Source: a candidate division WWE3 bacterium (GTDB taxonomy: Bacteria; Patescibacteriota; 4484-211; GCA-002791395). Taken from it: 64,000 nt of DNA. The first letter of the stretch is position 1; each line of letters starts with the position of its first letter. The translations under genes were made by a program, and so were the position numbers. The stretch covers positions 86,797 through 150,796 of the forward strand of contig JAAXWF010000001.1 in NCBI GenBank assembly GCA_013335095.1. The letters run 5' to 3'. Shown piece after piece: positions 20,084 through 29,848 of the stretch. Below the pieces are notes generated by a model. The model made no database searches and had not been told where the DNA came from. It saw only the letters and a list, made by a program, of their open reading frames with translations.

Positions 20084-20214
20084 AACTTTATAGCCAAGTA
20101 CAATCTGGACGGCAGGGATCATTCTCTGCCGTCAATTCAACTCCAATCTTGAAACATTCACTTGATACAATCTACATGGAAAAGTTGTTACGGCTGTATA
20201 ACGGGAGGCATCGT

Positions 20215-20757
20215 ATGCCAAGAACTAAAAGAGAATTATCCGGGAGGTATTTCTCGATAATTCGCGATGCAGGTGGTTTAGCAGGACGAATATTTGAGTG
20301 TCCGTTCGACATAAGCAGTCAGGCCGGTTGTAATCGATACGGGGAACCGCAAGAATCTGGTGATTACGAGTATTGCGACTATCGCCCTGGCTCAAGTACA
20401 ACATTCGAACACATAATTGCCGGAATAAGGGTGGATCGTCAAATCAGCGCGATTGAGCCATATGGGCTCATCATTGCGGCATCAGTAATTGCACAGGCGA
20501 TAGTCAGTCGTCAGCTAGATCCTGATGATTTCGCCGCCGCTGCAGAATGCCATGATTTCATTCTGTTGTGGCATTGGTTTGGCCAGATTAGGATGCCAAT
20601 TCGCATCTATTCCGACCATCATCACGCGATTGTACGCGGCGGATTATTTGCGCACCGAACCACCTGGGCTACGGTGAATTCGCAGTGGCAACGAATCCCG
20701 CCACCGGATGAAGAGAGGATGATCGTTTGTGGTAAAGCTGCCAGAGTTCCACAATAA
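20215..20757 (+). CDS. Orphan protein, paralog family member 2
   Basis: GGGAGG SD before ATG 20215; colinear with 19562..20083. Confidence 0.75.
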   Translation: MPRTKRELSGRYFSIIRDAGGLAGRIFECPFDISSQAGCNRYGEPQESGDYEYCDYRPGSSTTFEHIIAGIRVDRQISAIEPYGLIIAASVIAQAIVSRQLDPDDFAAAAECHDFILLWHWFGQIRMPIRIYSDHHHAIVRGGLFAHRTTWATVNSQWQRIPPPDEERMIVCGKAARVPQ

Positions 20758-20806
20758 CGATAGGACATCATCGCGGTAGATATTTAAACTTTAGGGGCTA
20801 ATCGAC

Positions 20807-20840
20807 AGGCCAGGAATATAAAAAATTCCTGGCCTTTTTA
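20807..20840 (+). terminator. Intrinsic terminator between convergent orphan genes
   Basis: AGGCCAGGAAT-loop-ATTCCTGGCCT-TTTT. Confidence 0.8.
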
Positions 20841-20901
20841 TATTCATCATCGTCTAAAAATAATGCCAAGAGTTCCCCCTTGGCACATACAGATTGAGCG
20901 T

Positions 20902-21480
20902 CTAATTAACTGCGGGAACGATTGTCTGAGCAGAAACTGCCGTCGAGTCGACTCGAGGATCCTCCTCAAACAATGGCTGTCGTTTTTTGTCGAACAGTAC
21001 CCACTGCCGACCATTGGGTAGTGGATTGGATCGATCAGAAAAAACGATAACCGTAACGGTGCGCAGCTCATCCCGGGCAGGCAAAAGCGCCGCTAAGTCA
21101 ACTCGCATTAGCCATACCGTATCGTCATTCGGTGGTTCGCTTGCGTTAAGAAATGCATTTACGCTAATCGCCCCACAGGCGAGAAATCGTATCAAGGCAG
21201 ATGCGGATAGCATCATCACCGGCGGACGTTGAGCAAACTTCCGGAACGTTTGAACATATGCCCAAAAAGAGCGCCATTCTTCCTGGAATTGCGTCAGGTC
21301 TTCGACTGTGGCTTGAACATACTCATCCGAATCAGGATTCCAGACACCGACTATAACCTGATTCGGTGCAGTTTGGGTAAGGTCACATCCGAGTACCGAA
21401 ACGGTGAAAAGACCGTTTCGAGTGTCAAGTCTGTAGCGACTAAGTCGCCCAGTTAAAAATATCCGAGACACGGGGACCAT
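20902..21480 (-). CDS. Orphan protein, probable distant paralog family member 3
   Basis: GGAGG SD; LSASALI..L....IS..AF and VIVFSD..W echo the two upstream proteins. Confidence 0.6.
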   Translation of the reverse strand: MVPVSRIFLTGRLSRYRLDTRNGLFTVSVLGCDLTQTAPNQVIVGVWNPDSDEYVQATVEDLTQFQEEWRSFWAYVQTFRKFAQRPPVMMLSASALIRFLACGAISVNAFLNASEPPNDDTVWLMRVDLAALLPARDELRTVTVIVFSDRSNPLPNGRQWVLFDKKRQPLFEEDPRVDSTAVSAQTIVPAVN

Positions 21481-21681
21481 AAACCCTCCGGTAAACATCC
21501 AATGCGACAATTACGTGAAACTGATTGTATCAAATCGAACAATTTGAGTGATGCAAGTGCGTACATTTATTCTAAAGCAAATATCTTTATCTCCGATAAG
21601 TCGAAGTATTGCTATTTCTGAGAGCCGAGATCCATAATTAGATCGTTGGTTTGAGAGTCACAAGACAATCAGCCGGCCAGA

Positions 21682-24618
21682 TTAATTACAAAATAGGGAG
21701 TACTCACATCCACGTTGGCAGAAAAATCCGTGATTACATTCAAAATTGCTGTTTTCAATGTGTTCACGAATACGTAATATTTCGGCTTTCGCTTCTTCGA
21801 TATCGGCTTGGGTTTTGGTTAGCGTTACCTTGTTACCCGTCTCAAGATAATAGAATGAAAACACCAGCTTATCGAGTGAAATATTCCAAAATTGCGGATG
21901 ATTAAGGGCAATCGCATAAATACACATTTGCAGACCTTTATCGCCTGTCTTTAATTCTCGATCCTCCGGCTGCTGGCCAGTCTTATAATCGAGAACCTCA
22001 TAACATCCATCAGCCATCAGATCAATTCGATCGATTCGTCCACCAAGTTGCAAATCTGGCGCGATTCGCACCGAAAATGGTTCTTCGAGTTTATGTATAG
22101 AAGGTGACATCGGCACATCTAAAGACAGCCACCGTTTCAACATCCCAAGCCCATCTTGGTATCGCTTTTGTTCATGAGCCTTGCTCGAATATCCGCTGCC
22201 GATCCAATTTTTCATAAACAATTCTTCCATTCGACCCATTATTTGATTTAAATCCTTTGAGACTTGTTCATTTTTTATGAGTGTATACACATCTCGAAGG
22301 GTGTTATGAACCGAATCGCCAAATGATAATGCAGCACTGGGGAGCTGGGGAATCTTTACAATATGAGAGAGTTTGTAGTGAAGCGGACATGTTTTGAAAG
22401 TCTCGATCTGGGAATAACTTAAATACGTAACCTTATGAGGCTCAATTACTTCGGTTGACATTGGAGAAATGGTTGGTTTGTATTGCAAGGAATACTGGCT
22501 AATATCGAACAAGCGATTTTCTTGAACAACTTCCCGACCGACAAGAAACTGCTCAATATTTTCACCTAATGCCTCCCGAACAAATGGACTTAACTTTTTT
22601 GGCCGTTTGGCATCATGATAAAATCTTGCGCCAGTTAAAAATAACTTTTTCCGGGCTCTGGTCATTCCGACATAAAAAAGTCGGCGTTCTTCACCAATGT
22701 GAGGATCTATAGTCGGTAACGGCTCATTCACTAAAGCTTCGGGAAGCGGAATCGTATCGGCACGGTTTACACTGGGAAATCGCAGATCGACCAAATTCAC
22801 CAAAAAAACATAATCAAATTCAAGTCCTTTAGAAGAATGCACGGTAAGAATACTGACGGCGTTTCCTCCCTGCCAATCAACTTCGGAAGCAACCGGAGCC
22901 TCACCGGCTTGAATAAGAAACTCAAGATAATTATTAAAATCACGTATTCGTGCATCGGTTCGTAATGTCTCAAATGCTTGGACTCTTTGGAAAAACGCAG
23001 AAATATTTTCGATCTGTTTAACATCGGCGTCATTTTGCGGATCTTTCATCAAGACAAGCATGCCGGTATCATTAAGATATTGGTACAAAACTTCCCCAGG
23101 AGTTGCATGTGGGACTAATTCTAAGTGTGCAAGGATCATCTCCAACAGCGATTGAATCTTTGATAATGATTCATCCGAAATCCCATGATCTTCAAAATCT
23201 TCACCATTAATCAACTTTTCCATCATCCGAAATACACTCGAGTTATCATGACGTGCTCGACCAACGATCATGTTAATTTCACGACCAGGAATACTAAATC
23301 GAGGATTCGAGATAACCTTATACATCGCCATGTCATTTTCGACGTTCTCCATTATTTTTAAGTACGCCATCAGTTCTCGAACTTCGGGTTGTTTGAATAA
23401 TCTTCCTGGCCCTAGAAATTGAAACGGAATCCCTTTACGACTAAGTGCCTGAGTAAACGCATCGGCGTGACTATTAGCGCGAATAAGAATCGCGACTTGA
23501 GAATACTCATCAAGGCTGAGTTGTTCGATTTGTTGTACCACACAATCAGCCTCATTTTCGACCGTATCTTCCCAAATTACACGAATTGGGTCGTTCACTG
23601 TTAACTCATCTGGACGTTGTGATAATAACTTTTTATTTACACCGGCTTTTGCCTCAAGCCGATCAGGATTATTGTTTTGGATTAACTGATACGACCTATC
23701 GAGAATGCGTTGATCCGATCGATAATTTCGAATCAGTGTCACGATTTTTGTCCCGGGAAAATGAGTCTGAAAATCCATCACGTTGTACACGGCAGCACCA
23801 CGCCAGCGATAAATTGACTGATCATCATCAGCAACCACGGTAATGTTTCTTTTTCCACCCGCAAGCATAATTGCTAACTGATTTTGGGCAAAGTTGGTAT
23901 CCTGGAATTCATCAATAAGAATATAGGGATGTTTTCGTTGGTAGCTTGATAATACATTTGGGCGCAATCGAAACAGTTTTAAAACGTTACTAATAAGATC
24001 CGCAAAATCCATTACCGATTCTTGAACTTTCAATTTCTCATAAAAATCATAAGCATAGGCTAACTCTTTATATTTATCGATTTCTTCCCGAGAATAATTT
24101 TGTTTTGATTCCAAGGTAGAAACCCACTCAATATATGCAGATGGAGAGATATCTTCATCTTTTAATCGCGAAAAGTGGGTCACAAGACCGGCTAAAAACT
24201 TAGTCGGATTTCCTTGAGGTCGATAATAGTTTAGATCAAATTCAAATAAGTGATCTCGAATTAATAATTGTGTTTCGGGTTCGGTCAGAATTTTAAAACC
24301 TGGATCGAGACCGATTTGTACCGCATCGGTTCGCAAGACTCGTTCACAAAAACCATGAAAGGTAAAAATACTCGTACTTGAATATCCCAAAGGCAAAGCA
24401 ACATCGACCCGGCTCTCCATTTCGGAAGCGGCCTTCTCGGTAAATGTAAGGGCAAGAATTTCTTCTGGTTTTACTCCATTTTCTTGAATCAACCACTTGA
24501 TTCGTTCAGTCACAACCGTAGTTTTACCGGTGCCAGCCCCCGCCACGATAAGTAGAGGCCCCCCCATATACGTAGCTGCTTCAAGTTGTTCTGGATTTAA
24601 ATTAACTGATGATCCCAT
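21682..24618 (-). CDS. UvrD/PcrA-like SF1 helicase fused to a C-terminal PD-(D/E)XK nuclease with Fe-S-type Cys (AdnAB-like)
   Basis: AGAGTGKT, IDEFQD, NYRS, TVHSSKGLEF, EERRLFYVGMTRA; LSYSQ..TCP, GRIDRID, DYKTG, terminal Cys cluster. Confidence 0.93.
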   Translation of the reverse strand: MGSSVNLNPEQLEAATYMGGPLLIVAGAGTGKTTVVTERIKWLIQENGVKPEEILALTFTEKAASEMESRVDVALPLGYSSTSIFTFHGFCERVLRTDAVQIGLDPGFKILTEPETQLLIRDHLFEFDLNYYRPQGNPTKFLAGLVTHFSRLKDEDISPSAYIEWVSTLESKQNYSREEIDKYKELAYAYDFYEKLKVQESVMDFADLISNVLKLFRLRPNVLSSYQRKHPYILIDEFQDTNFAQNQLAIMLAGGKRNITVVADDDQSIYRWRGAAVYNVMDFQTHFPGTKIVTLIRNYRSDQRILDRSYQLIQNNNPDRLEAKAGVNKKLLSQRPDELTVNDPIRVIWEDTVENEADCVVQQIEQLSLDEYSQVAILIRANSHADAFTQALSRKGIPFQFLGPGRLFKQPEVRELMAYLKIMENVENDMAMYKVISNPRFSIPGREINMIVGRARHDNSSVFRMMEKLINGEDFEDHGISDESLSKIQSLLEMILAHLELVPHATPGEVLYQYLNDTGMLVLMKDPQNDADVKQIENISAFFQRVQAFETLRTDARIRDFNNYLEFLIQAGEAPVASEVDWQGGNAVSILTVHSSKGLEFDYVFLVNLVDLRFPSVNRADTIPLPEALVNEPLPTIDPHIGEERRLFYVGMTRARKKLFLTGARFYHDAKRPKKLSPFVREALGENIEQFLVGREVVQENRLFDISQYSLQYKPTISPMSTEVIEPHKVTYLSYSQIETFKTCPLHYKLSHIVKIPQLPSAALSFGDSVHNTLRDVYTLIKNEQVSKDLNQIMGRMEELFMKNWIGSGYSSKAHEQKRYQDGLGMLKRWLSLDVPMSPSIHKLEEPFSVRIAPDLQLGGRIDRIDLMADGCYEVLDYKTGQQPEDRELKTGDKGLQMCIYAIALNHPQFWNISLDKLVFSFYYLETGNKVTLTKTQADIEEAKAEILRIREHIENSNFECNHGFFCQRGCEYSLFCN

Positions 24619-24661
24619 GCCGAATCATTGTACGAGAATTATTGATCCCAACAAGGTAGAC

Positions 24662-24694
24662 AAAAAAATAGGCGTAGCTTTTTAATGCTACGCC
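24662..24694 (-). terminator. Intrinsic terminator of 24719..25192
   Basis: GGCGTAGC-loop-GCTACGCC then TATTTTTTT on the minus strand. Confidence 0.75.
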
Positions 24695-24718
24695 CACAGC
24701 GATACATGCCGTCAATGA

Positions 24719-25192
24719 CTATTGAACTGGCGGATAGAATTTTGCTAGGATGGCCAGTCCCGCCATGATAGAACCGTTAAAGACATCATCGACCCAGCCG
24801 ATTTCGTCGGCTCGCCCCTCGGCAACGGCTTCAAGATAAACGATAGCCGAAGCGGCTGCCGCCATGAAGCTGATGCAAACGTGCCGTATTTCAGCGTTAT
24901 CTGGTTCTGATGCCTCAAGGAGACTCAGAAGTCGCTCCATATGACCGGTTGCTTCAAGCGTACGGTTAACCGCACGCCGACCGATCGTATCAGTACGCTG
25001 CCAATCCCAAGGGATATGCTCCGGTAGAGCAGCTATCGCGGCTCGAATAAGATTGGCATTCCCAAGCGAAATATCAGTGATCTCGACAAAACCCTGCCCA
25101 AGCAGCGTAAGCATACGGTGGGCTTCGACGAATAGCCCTGGATCAAAAACGACCAGATCCAGCGTTGCGACCGATGTGTCCGTGGTACTCAT
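24719..25192 (-). CDS. Orphan alpha-helical protein
   Basis: GGAGGT SD, own terminator. Confidence 0.65.
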   Translation of the reverse strand: MSTTDTSVATLDLVVFDPGLFVEAHRMLTLLGQGFVEITDISLGNANLIRAAIAALPEHIPWDWQRTDTIGRRAVNRTLEATGHMERLLSLLEASEPDNAEIRHVCISFMAAAASAIVYLEAVAEGRADEIGWVDDVFNGSIMAGLAILAKFYPPVQ

Positions 25193-25337
25193 AATGGTGT
25201 ACCTCCAATTGGTAGTACCCAGCGGCGGATCAATTAGACTTCGTGATTATACCGAAATCCAACTATAGGCTCAAGCGTTCTTCGCCGTGCTATACTGGCA
25301 CTACGGTGTTGGCACAACGCAATAAAGTGAGGACGGT

Positions 25338-25817
25338 ATGGACCCGCAAGAAAAAGGAACCCAAGTAGATGGACAACAAGCGTTTGCAGTTGCCTCTTCA
25401 ACAGCGTTCTGCATCGTTTCGATAGCACTGGCGATAAGCGCCCTGGCCACATCCACGATGGTGTTTTGGCCAATTGTTGCGTTTTGTAATCTGATAATTG
25501 GAACTGCAGTATTGTTTGCAACAATACGATTTCCACTCTACGGTTACGCGTACATCAGTCTTAATATAGCGACCGGTGTTGCCGCGACGTTGCAACGGAT
25601 GCTGTACGATCTTCCACCGACATCTCCATACATGGTGATGCTCCAAGTGTTTGGAACCTGGGCGTTTTTAACGCTACTGTACTGCACGTTAATGGCGATC
25701 ACTCATCCCGGCTTCTGGCGAATGGAAGGTACAAAGCTCATTCAACGCCAACACACTATCCTACTGAGCTTTGCATTTGCGTCTATAGTGATCTTTGCAC
25801 TAACTGCATTGGTTTAA
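25338..25817 (+). CDS. Orphan multi-pass membrane protein (about 5 TM)
   Basis: GAGGA SD; hydrophobic; GCCGCGG hairpin plus T-tract downstream. Confidence 0.7.
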   Translation: MDPQEKGTQVDGQQAFAVASSTAFCIVSIALAISALATSTMVFWPIVAFCNLIIGTAVLFATIRFPLYGYAYISLNIATGVAATLQRMLYDLPPTSPYMVMLQVFGTWAFLTLLYCTLMAITHPGFWRMEGTKLIQRQHTILLSFAFASIVIFALTALV

Positions 25818-25935
25818 TACCCGGCCGCGGCAATACAAATCCGCGGCATTTTATTGGACACAGCATCGATTTCATCCTATAATAAATATATAGCACCTTA
25901 TCCGGATTATGTAGCTGAAAGGCAAGGAGGATCCG

Positions 25936-26415
25936 ATGGATCAGACGACACGCAAACTCACGGGGTTCGAGGCCATCTTTATGGTCGTGTTGCAGGCCCT
26001 AATGGCAGCGGCCTTCAACATCAACCTGGCACTGATCGCCGACCAGATTACCGGCAAAACGCCTGGAATCTTTATGGCGATCTTTATGATGGGCTTCTTC
26101 ATCGTCCCGGCGTTCCTGCTGATTGCGGCATTGCTGCCGCGCGGATGGGACGGGATGCTCATTCTGTTCGCAACAAGCGTGGTTGGCGTGTTCACGCTGA
26201 GATTTAGCGCATATGCGCACCTCAACGTAAATCCGAACGCCGTCGAGGCGGTGACGAAGAGCCTCACGCTCCTATTTGCGTGGGCCTTTATCGTCTACAT
26301 CTGCCTCCGCGGCTTCAGCTTCCTGCGGAACCGGATCGTCCGGTTTCCGCCGCGCTGGTACGACCCGATCGTCCTGATCGTAGGACTGATCGCGGTGTAC
26401 AGCACCCTGTGGTAA
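25936..26415 (+). CDS. Orphan multi-pass membrane protein (about 5 TM), GC-rich
   Basis: AAGGAGG SD; TATAAT upstream; strong terminator downstream. Confidence 0.75.
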   Translation: MDQTTRKLTGFEAIFMVVLQALMAAAFNINLALIADQITGKTPGIFMAIFMMGFFIVPAFLLIAALLPRGWDGMLILFATSVVGVFTLRFSAYAHLNVNPNAVEAVTKSLTLLFAWAFIVYICLRGFSFLRNRIVRFPPRWYDPIVLIVGLIAVYSTLW

Positions 26416-26423
26416 GCGGCTAT

Positions 26424-26469
26424 GGCCGGGCTCTTCTCTCTTTCAGGGAGAGGACCCCGGCCCTTTTTG
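26424..26469 (+). terminator. Intrinsic terminator
   Basis: GGCCGGG..CTTCTCTC/GGGAGAGG..CCCGGCC hairpin plus T-tract. Confidence 0.75.
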
Positions 26470-26471
26470 TA

Positions 26472-27641
26472 TTATTCCGAAAGAGAATTAATATCTATCG
26501 AGGTCTGGGTAGAAGCCGATTCTTGAATGGACTGAGTTTCTACAACCGTTTTTGACTCAATTTGTTCAACTTTCGCGCCGAATTTTCCTAGGAGTCGATT
26601 TGTATCTTCATATTTAGCAACCGCATTTGTTAAATGTTTTCCTAATACATCATAGGAATCACTAACTTTGGTGAAGTCAGTATTGAGTCGACTTAAATCA
26701 GCCAAAATTTCTTTAGCCCGCTCTTCTATTTGCATACCACGAAGACCTAATGCAACGGTCTGCAAATACACATACAAATTATTAGGTGATACGGGAATGA
26801 CCTTTTTCGAATATGCATATGAAAGGACGTCAAATTCCCCATCACCTTTGATAATCATCTCGTAATACACGTTTTCTGCTGGAATATACATTAAGGCAAA
26901 ATCCAAAGTTTTTTCGTCCGGCAAAATATATTTACTGGCAATTTCATCGATTCGTTTTTTTATGCTATTCAGAAACTCCTTTTTCGCAACTTTTCTCGCA
27001 GAATCATCTGAGGCATCGATCATTCGTTTAAAACTTTCTAAAGGAAATTTGGAATCGATAGAAACCATTAAGCTGTCACGTAAAAGTAATACAGCATCGA
27101 CGGTCTCCCCGCTTTTAAAGGTATATTGCATCTGGTATCGACTTGCTGGAAAAATTTGTCCTAATAAATCACCCAGAAAAAGTTCCCCCAAAGAACCACG
27201 TAATTTAGGCGCACGAAGGATTTCTTGTAAACTAGAGATGTCTTTACCTACTTCAAAAATTCGTTTATGAGCCTCCTCCATTTGGGCCAATTTTGCCGTA
27301 ACATCACGAATAGTTCGGGCATTATTCTCCATCGAATTTCGAATTTCATTTGAAGACTTCATCCACCCTTCATTATTGGTATGAAGTCGGGTATCTACTT
27401 GTTTCGTTGTTTCGTTTAGCTGTTTTAGAAGAGTGTCGGTTACCATCTGCAAATTTTCCCCGACATTACGGGTAAGATTATCGACCCGTTGGTTTAAATT
27501 TACGATTAAAGTATCTTGAGAATTATCTCTACCACGCTGGATTTCATCGAGTCGTTTAGAAAATGCCAGATAGAGGACATATCCGACGGCAGCGGTACTA
27601 ATAAGAGAAACTACTATGGTTAAAATTGTAGCGCTATCCAT
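26472..27641 (-). CDS. rmuC: DNA recombination protein RmuC
   Basis: N-terminal TM, coiled coil, PKLRG.LGE, IDSKFP, DFALMYIPAE.VY. Confidence 0.93.
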   Translation of the reverse strand: MDSATILTIVVSLISTAAVGYVLYLAFSKRLDEIQRGRDNSQDTLIVNLNQRVDNLTRNVGENLQMVTDTLLKQLNETTKQVDTRLHTNNEGWMKSSNEIRNSMENNARTIRDVTAKLAQMEEAHKRIFEVGKDISSLQEILRAPKLRGSLGELFLGDLLGQIFPASRYQMQYTFKSGETVDAVLLLRDSLMVSIDSKFPLESFKRMIDASDDSARKVAKKEFLNSIKKRIDEIASKYILPDEKTLDFALMYIPAENVYYEMIIKGDGEFDVLSYAYSKKVIPVSPNNLYVYLQTVALGLRGMQIEERAKEILADLSRLNTDFTKVSDSYDVLGKHLTNAVAKYEDTNRLLGKFGAKVEQIESKTVVETQSIQESASTQTSIDINSLSE

Positions 27642-27671
27642 AAGAACTCATTTATACTTTAATATAGTATC

Positions 27672-28037
27672 ATGCGATATATTAACCTGCCCGCGATAAT
27701 TATTTCGTTATTAAGCATTTCCTTGCTTGGTTACTTAATTACTCATGTATCACCATATAACGGTAATGCCGTCCGATTAGAAATTCTGATCCTATTTTTT
27801 ATAAGCCTCATATTGGCGATATCCTCAAGCTTATTCACCATTTTATTCGCCTATCGCCGATGGAGATGGGAATTCATGCCGATAAAAGAAGCTGTGATGA
27901 TTAGCCTTCGCCAAGGTGTTATTTTCGCGCTATGCATCTGCACGTTAATGTCATTATCTCTAACCAGTACATTAAACATTTTGACCGGAATGCTCACAAT
28001 TGTTGTGTGTATCGCCCTCGAGCTAACGTTATCTTAA
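27672..28037 (+). CDS. Small 4-TM membrane protein
   Basis: Hydrophobic; SLRQG motif. Confidence 0.7.
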   Translation: MRYINLPAIIISLLSISLLGYLITHVSPYNGNAVRLEILILFFISLILAISSSLFTILFAYRRWRWEFMPIKEAVMISLRQGVIFALCICTLMSLSLTSTLNILTGMLTIVVCIALELTLS

Positions 28038-28847
28038 TTGCTCTTGTAGTCGCGTCAGTTGATCTAAACTTAATTCGCCGGGTCGTGCAGTCGGTGTTAT
28101 TCCCGAGGCTATTAATATCTCTTGATCGAAAACGTACGAGATTTGCTTTCGAGGAAATTGAAACACCCGATGTAAAAAATCAGACCAGTTTTTCATCTCA
28201 TCTGCGGTACGATCTTGAGACCGAGTAACTCGAATAATACTCGAATCAACTCCGGGCATCGGCCAAAATGCATCTGGGCGAACAACACGCTGTAGTACTT
28301 CAACGTGGTATGCGAAATGAATAAAGTGATACCAATAATTGCCATGAGTTGGCCCCTGAACGATCTTCTCCATAACTTCTTTTTGCATCAGGAAAATACC
28401 TAAACTCCAATAATCATGGAAATCAATCATGAGCTTATGCAAAATTGGCGAAGTAATGCTATATGGCAGAGAGGCTATGATCTTATAGTTCCCTTCATCC
28501 ATCACATCCGCACCAGAAATTAAGTAATCGGCCTGCACGATAGTTATTTTTGACTCTAAGCCGATCTCTTTTATGAGTCCACTTAGGATGGGAGCCAATT
28601 TGGGATCAATTTCAAACACGGTCATAGCTCCAACATGCGGTGCGACTGCCAAAGTTATAGAACCGAGGCCGCCTCCGATTTCTATGACTCGATCATCTGC
28701 GGTAGGCATAAGTCCATCAACCATTAATTTTTTCATGGCAGGTTGAATAAGAAAATTTTGTCCCCACCGTTTACTTGGTCGAACATCAAACCGCTGAAAT
28801 AATGCTTTAATATCACCAACATTGAGCCGGTTGTATACGTTATCCAT
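28029..28847 (-). CDS. rsmA: 16S rRNA m6,2A dimethyltransferase RsmA/KsgA
   Basis: KRWGQNFL, IEIGGGLG, EID, SLPYSITSP, MQKEV, F.P.P.VDS. Confidence 0.93.
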   Translation of the reverse strand: MDNVYNRLNVGDIKALFQRFDVRPSKRWGQNFLIQPAMKKLMVDGLMPTADDRVIEIGGGLGSITLAVAPHVGAMTVFEIDPKLAPILSGLIKEIGLESKITIVQADYLISGADVMDEGNYKIIASLPYSITSPILHKLMIDFHDYWSLGIFLMQKEVMEKIVQGPTHGNYWYHFIHFAYHVEVLQRVVRPDAFWPMPGVDSSIIRVTRSQDRTADEMKNWSDFLHRVFQFPRKQISYVFDQEILIASGITPTARPGELSLDQLTRLQEQLR

Positions 28848-28876
28848 GCTATAATTTTACCGTACCGAGTCTGACA

Positions 28877-29827
28877 ATGAACGCTTCAAATTGGGCCTTA
28901 ATACTGCCTCGCATTGCTATTATCACTACACTCGTTCTTTTTATAGTATCAACGACATCGATGCCCCGCATCATGATGAAGGACTCTGTACTCATCAATG
29001 GGAAAAGACTTTTTACCGAAAGAAACTCACTCAGTATTAATGATATTACTCCGATTGCCTACCCCATCTCTATAAGCACAGAAGAGGTCCCCTCAATAAA
29101 AGGTACGAATGCCATAGTTGTTGATATACCCTCACGAAGCATTCTGTATCAAAAGTCGGCAAATGAGCGACGATCCCCGGCCTCAACAACTAAAATAATT
29201 ACCGCTCTGGCCATACTATCTCAAACAAATATCGAAGAATGGGTAAAAGTTCCGTCAAATTTATACGAAAAGATAAGTGGAAGTATGATGAAATTAGCCC
29301 CGGGTGATGAGCTTAGCCGCAAAGATTTACTGTGGGGAATGTTGATAAATTCTGGAAATGATGCTGCATATACCTTGGCACAAACATATCCCAACGGAGA
29401 ACAAGCTTTACTATCTTCGATGAATTCAATCATGCAATCGCTCCATTTAAACGACTCAAACTTTACGAATCCCGTCGGGTTTGATGATCCCAATCATTAC
29501 ACCAGCGCTTTTGACCTTGCCCAAGTTACACTAGAAGCATTACATAATCCCCTTTTTCAACAAATAGTTGCGACTTCGCATATGAATATTGTGTCGCCTT
29601 CCCATCCTTCAATTAGCTACAACCTAACAAACACCAATGAATTACTCACCGACACTCCGGGGGTCTTAGGAGTAAAAACAGGTTGGACCGAAGAGGCCCA
29701 GGGGGTACTCGTAACTTTAATAAATCGAAGCGGGCATCCAATACTTGTGGTAGTGATGAACAGCCCCCAACGCGAAAAAGACTCACTAGCCTTATTGGAA
29801 TGGGTATATCGCACACATACTTGGTAA
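28877..29827 (+). CDS. D-alanyl-D-alanine carboxypeptidase (peptidase S11)
   Basis: ASTTK, SGNDAA, NPVG, KTG. Confidence 0.93.
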   Translation: MNASNWALILPRIAIITTLVLFIVSTTSMPRIMMKDSVLINGKRLFTERNSLSINDITPIAYPISISTEEVPSIKGTNAIVVDIPSRSILYQKSANERRSPASTTKIITALAILSQTNIEEWVKVPSNLYEKISGSMMKLAPGDELSRKDLLWGMLINSGNDAAYTLAQTYPNGEQALLSSMNSIMQSLHLNDSNFTNPVGFDDPNHYTSAFDLAQVTLEALHNPLFQQIVATSHMNIVSPSHPSISYNLTNTNELLTDTPGVLGVKTGWTEEAQGVLVTLINRSGHPILVVVMNSPQREKDSLALLEWVYRTHTW

Positions 29828-29848
29828 CCTGAGTTACAATAAAACGTT

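Noticed and set aside
21682-22450. Cas4 indicating a CRISPR locus
   Set aside because: It is the C-terminal nuclease domain of the UvrD-like helicase
12947-26415. Orphan genes as integron cassettes
   Set aside because: No attC-like structures or integron integrase; the genes have their own expression signals and mixed orientations
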